Positions 63,151 to 64,000 of a stretch of DNA of 64,000 bases are shown in pieces. The DNA is taken from contig JBFWNL010000008.1 of NCBI GenBank assembly GCA_050251055.1, positions 96,001 through 160,000 of the forward strand, written 5' to 3'. A program made the position numbers and the translations under genes. The notes beneath the pieces are model-generated. The model was not told the DNA's origin and did no database searches. It saw nothing but the letters and a program-made list of their open reading frames with translations. Every line of letters starts with the position of its first letter. Position 1 is the first letter of the stretch. The DNA comes from Bacteriovoracia bacterium. GTDB taxonomy: Bacteria; Bdellovibrionota; UBA1018; JBFWNL01.

Positions 63151-64000
63151 TTAGAGCGTCGTGCGGAATTTCCTCAAACCCACCGTAAGGGTAGCGGCTC
63201 CGATCAGCGCCAAGGGTATCAAGTGATGAAAAAAGAAAGTCAGGCTTCCCGCTTTCAGCAAGATGTTCCGTAGCAGCGCCACGAAGTGGGTCAACGGATT
63301 GAGCTGGGCCAAAGCGTAGATGGGGCCGGGCATGTTCTCCAACGGAAACATCAGACCCGATAGCAATACCGATGGAAACAAAAACAGGAATCCCCCCAAC
63401 ATTGCCTGTTGCTGGTTACGCGCAAAGGTCGAAATCACTAGCCCAATGGAAACCGTCGTCGCGATGAAGACGAATCCAGCCACCGCGAACAGAAGCAAGG
63501 GCCCTCGAAACGGAACCCCGAATCCGAAGACGGCCACCATGAGGACAAGCGGCAACTGCACCGTGCCTAGGGTCAAGAAAGGGAGGGTTTTTCCCACGAC
63601 GATTTCCCACGGCTTCACGGGCGCGGAGATCAGCGTTTCTAGCGTGCCCACCTCGCGCTCACGCGCGAGCGACATGCTGGTGAGTAGGATCGTTACGATA
63701 CAAACGAGCATGCACATCACCCCGGGAACCATGTAGACGCTGGTTTCGAGGGTTGGATTATAGAGCACACGCACATCGAAGCGGATCGGAGGCGGACGAG
63801 AGCCCGCGGATTGATCGGCCTCTACTCGGCGAATGATCGACAGCAGGTAGTTCTCCGCCGCCTGCGCGCGAATGACATTCTGCGCATTCACTAACAGCTG
63901 GATATCGGGGTTTCCCTTTGCACGGACCAAAACCACGTCGGCTTGGCCACGCTGAATCCAATCATAGGGCTCGGTACCAGTGATAGCGGCGGGGCGAAAC
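63151..64000 (-). CDS. ABC-2 type transporter permease (YbhR/YbhS-like), 5' end outside the window
   Basis: YNP, REREVGTLETL..P, LSG.MFPLENMP, NPLTHF. Confidence 0.9.
   Translation of the reverse strand, partial: FRPAAITGTEPYDWIQRGQADVVLVRAKGNPDIQLLVNAQNVIRAQAAENYLLSIIRRVEADQSAGSRPPPIRFDVRVLYNPTLETSVYMVPGVMCMLVCIVTILLTSMSLAREREVGTLETLISAPVKPWEIVVGKTLPFLTLGTVQLPLVLMVAVFGFGVPFRGPLLLFAVAGFVFIATTVSIGLVISTFARNQQQAMLGGFLFLFPSVLLSGLMFPLENMPGPIYALAQLNPLTHFVALLRNILLKAGSLTFFFHHLIPLALIGAATLTVGLRKFRTTL

Overview
GC-rich bacterial chromosome segment, most consistent with Bdellovibrionota (inferred from a TIGR02147-type regulator, a myxobacterial/Bdellovibrio-type OMP, a PA14 lipoprotein and Cys-repeat pilins). 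The first 15 kb is the housekeeping cluster tRNA-Thr/Tyr/Gly/Thr-tuf-rpmG-tRNA-Trp-secE-nusG-rplKAJL-rpoBC, followed by tRNA-Val. Next come proS-pyrF-SpoU methyltransferase, an NtrY/NtrX-like pair, rmuC, many secreted proteins, tRNA-Arg, an alpha-dioxygenase-like peroxidase with a catalase-like partner, and a pilin/TPR-barrel/ECF-sigma locus. The strongest unexplained signal is non-coding. tRNA-Val (809-883, -) and tRNA-Arg (37968-38045, +), 37 kb apart, are each followed by the same architecture: an inverted copy of that tRNA's own 3' end, split at tRNA position 69 by a conserved GNA-triloop hairpin; an 87-nt structured core (70/87 identical, six compensatory base pairs); then a new direct copy of the tRNA 3' end restarting at C56. 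No integrase, transposase or reverse transcriptase is encoded in the window. A second signal is a shared AAGGA-N15-CGTC motif before the pilin operon and before two duplicated anti-sigma-like genes, suggesting a local ECF regulon. All calls are by eye from sequence and motifs; no database searches were run.
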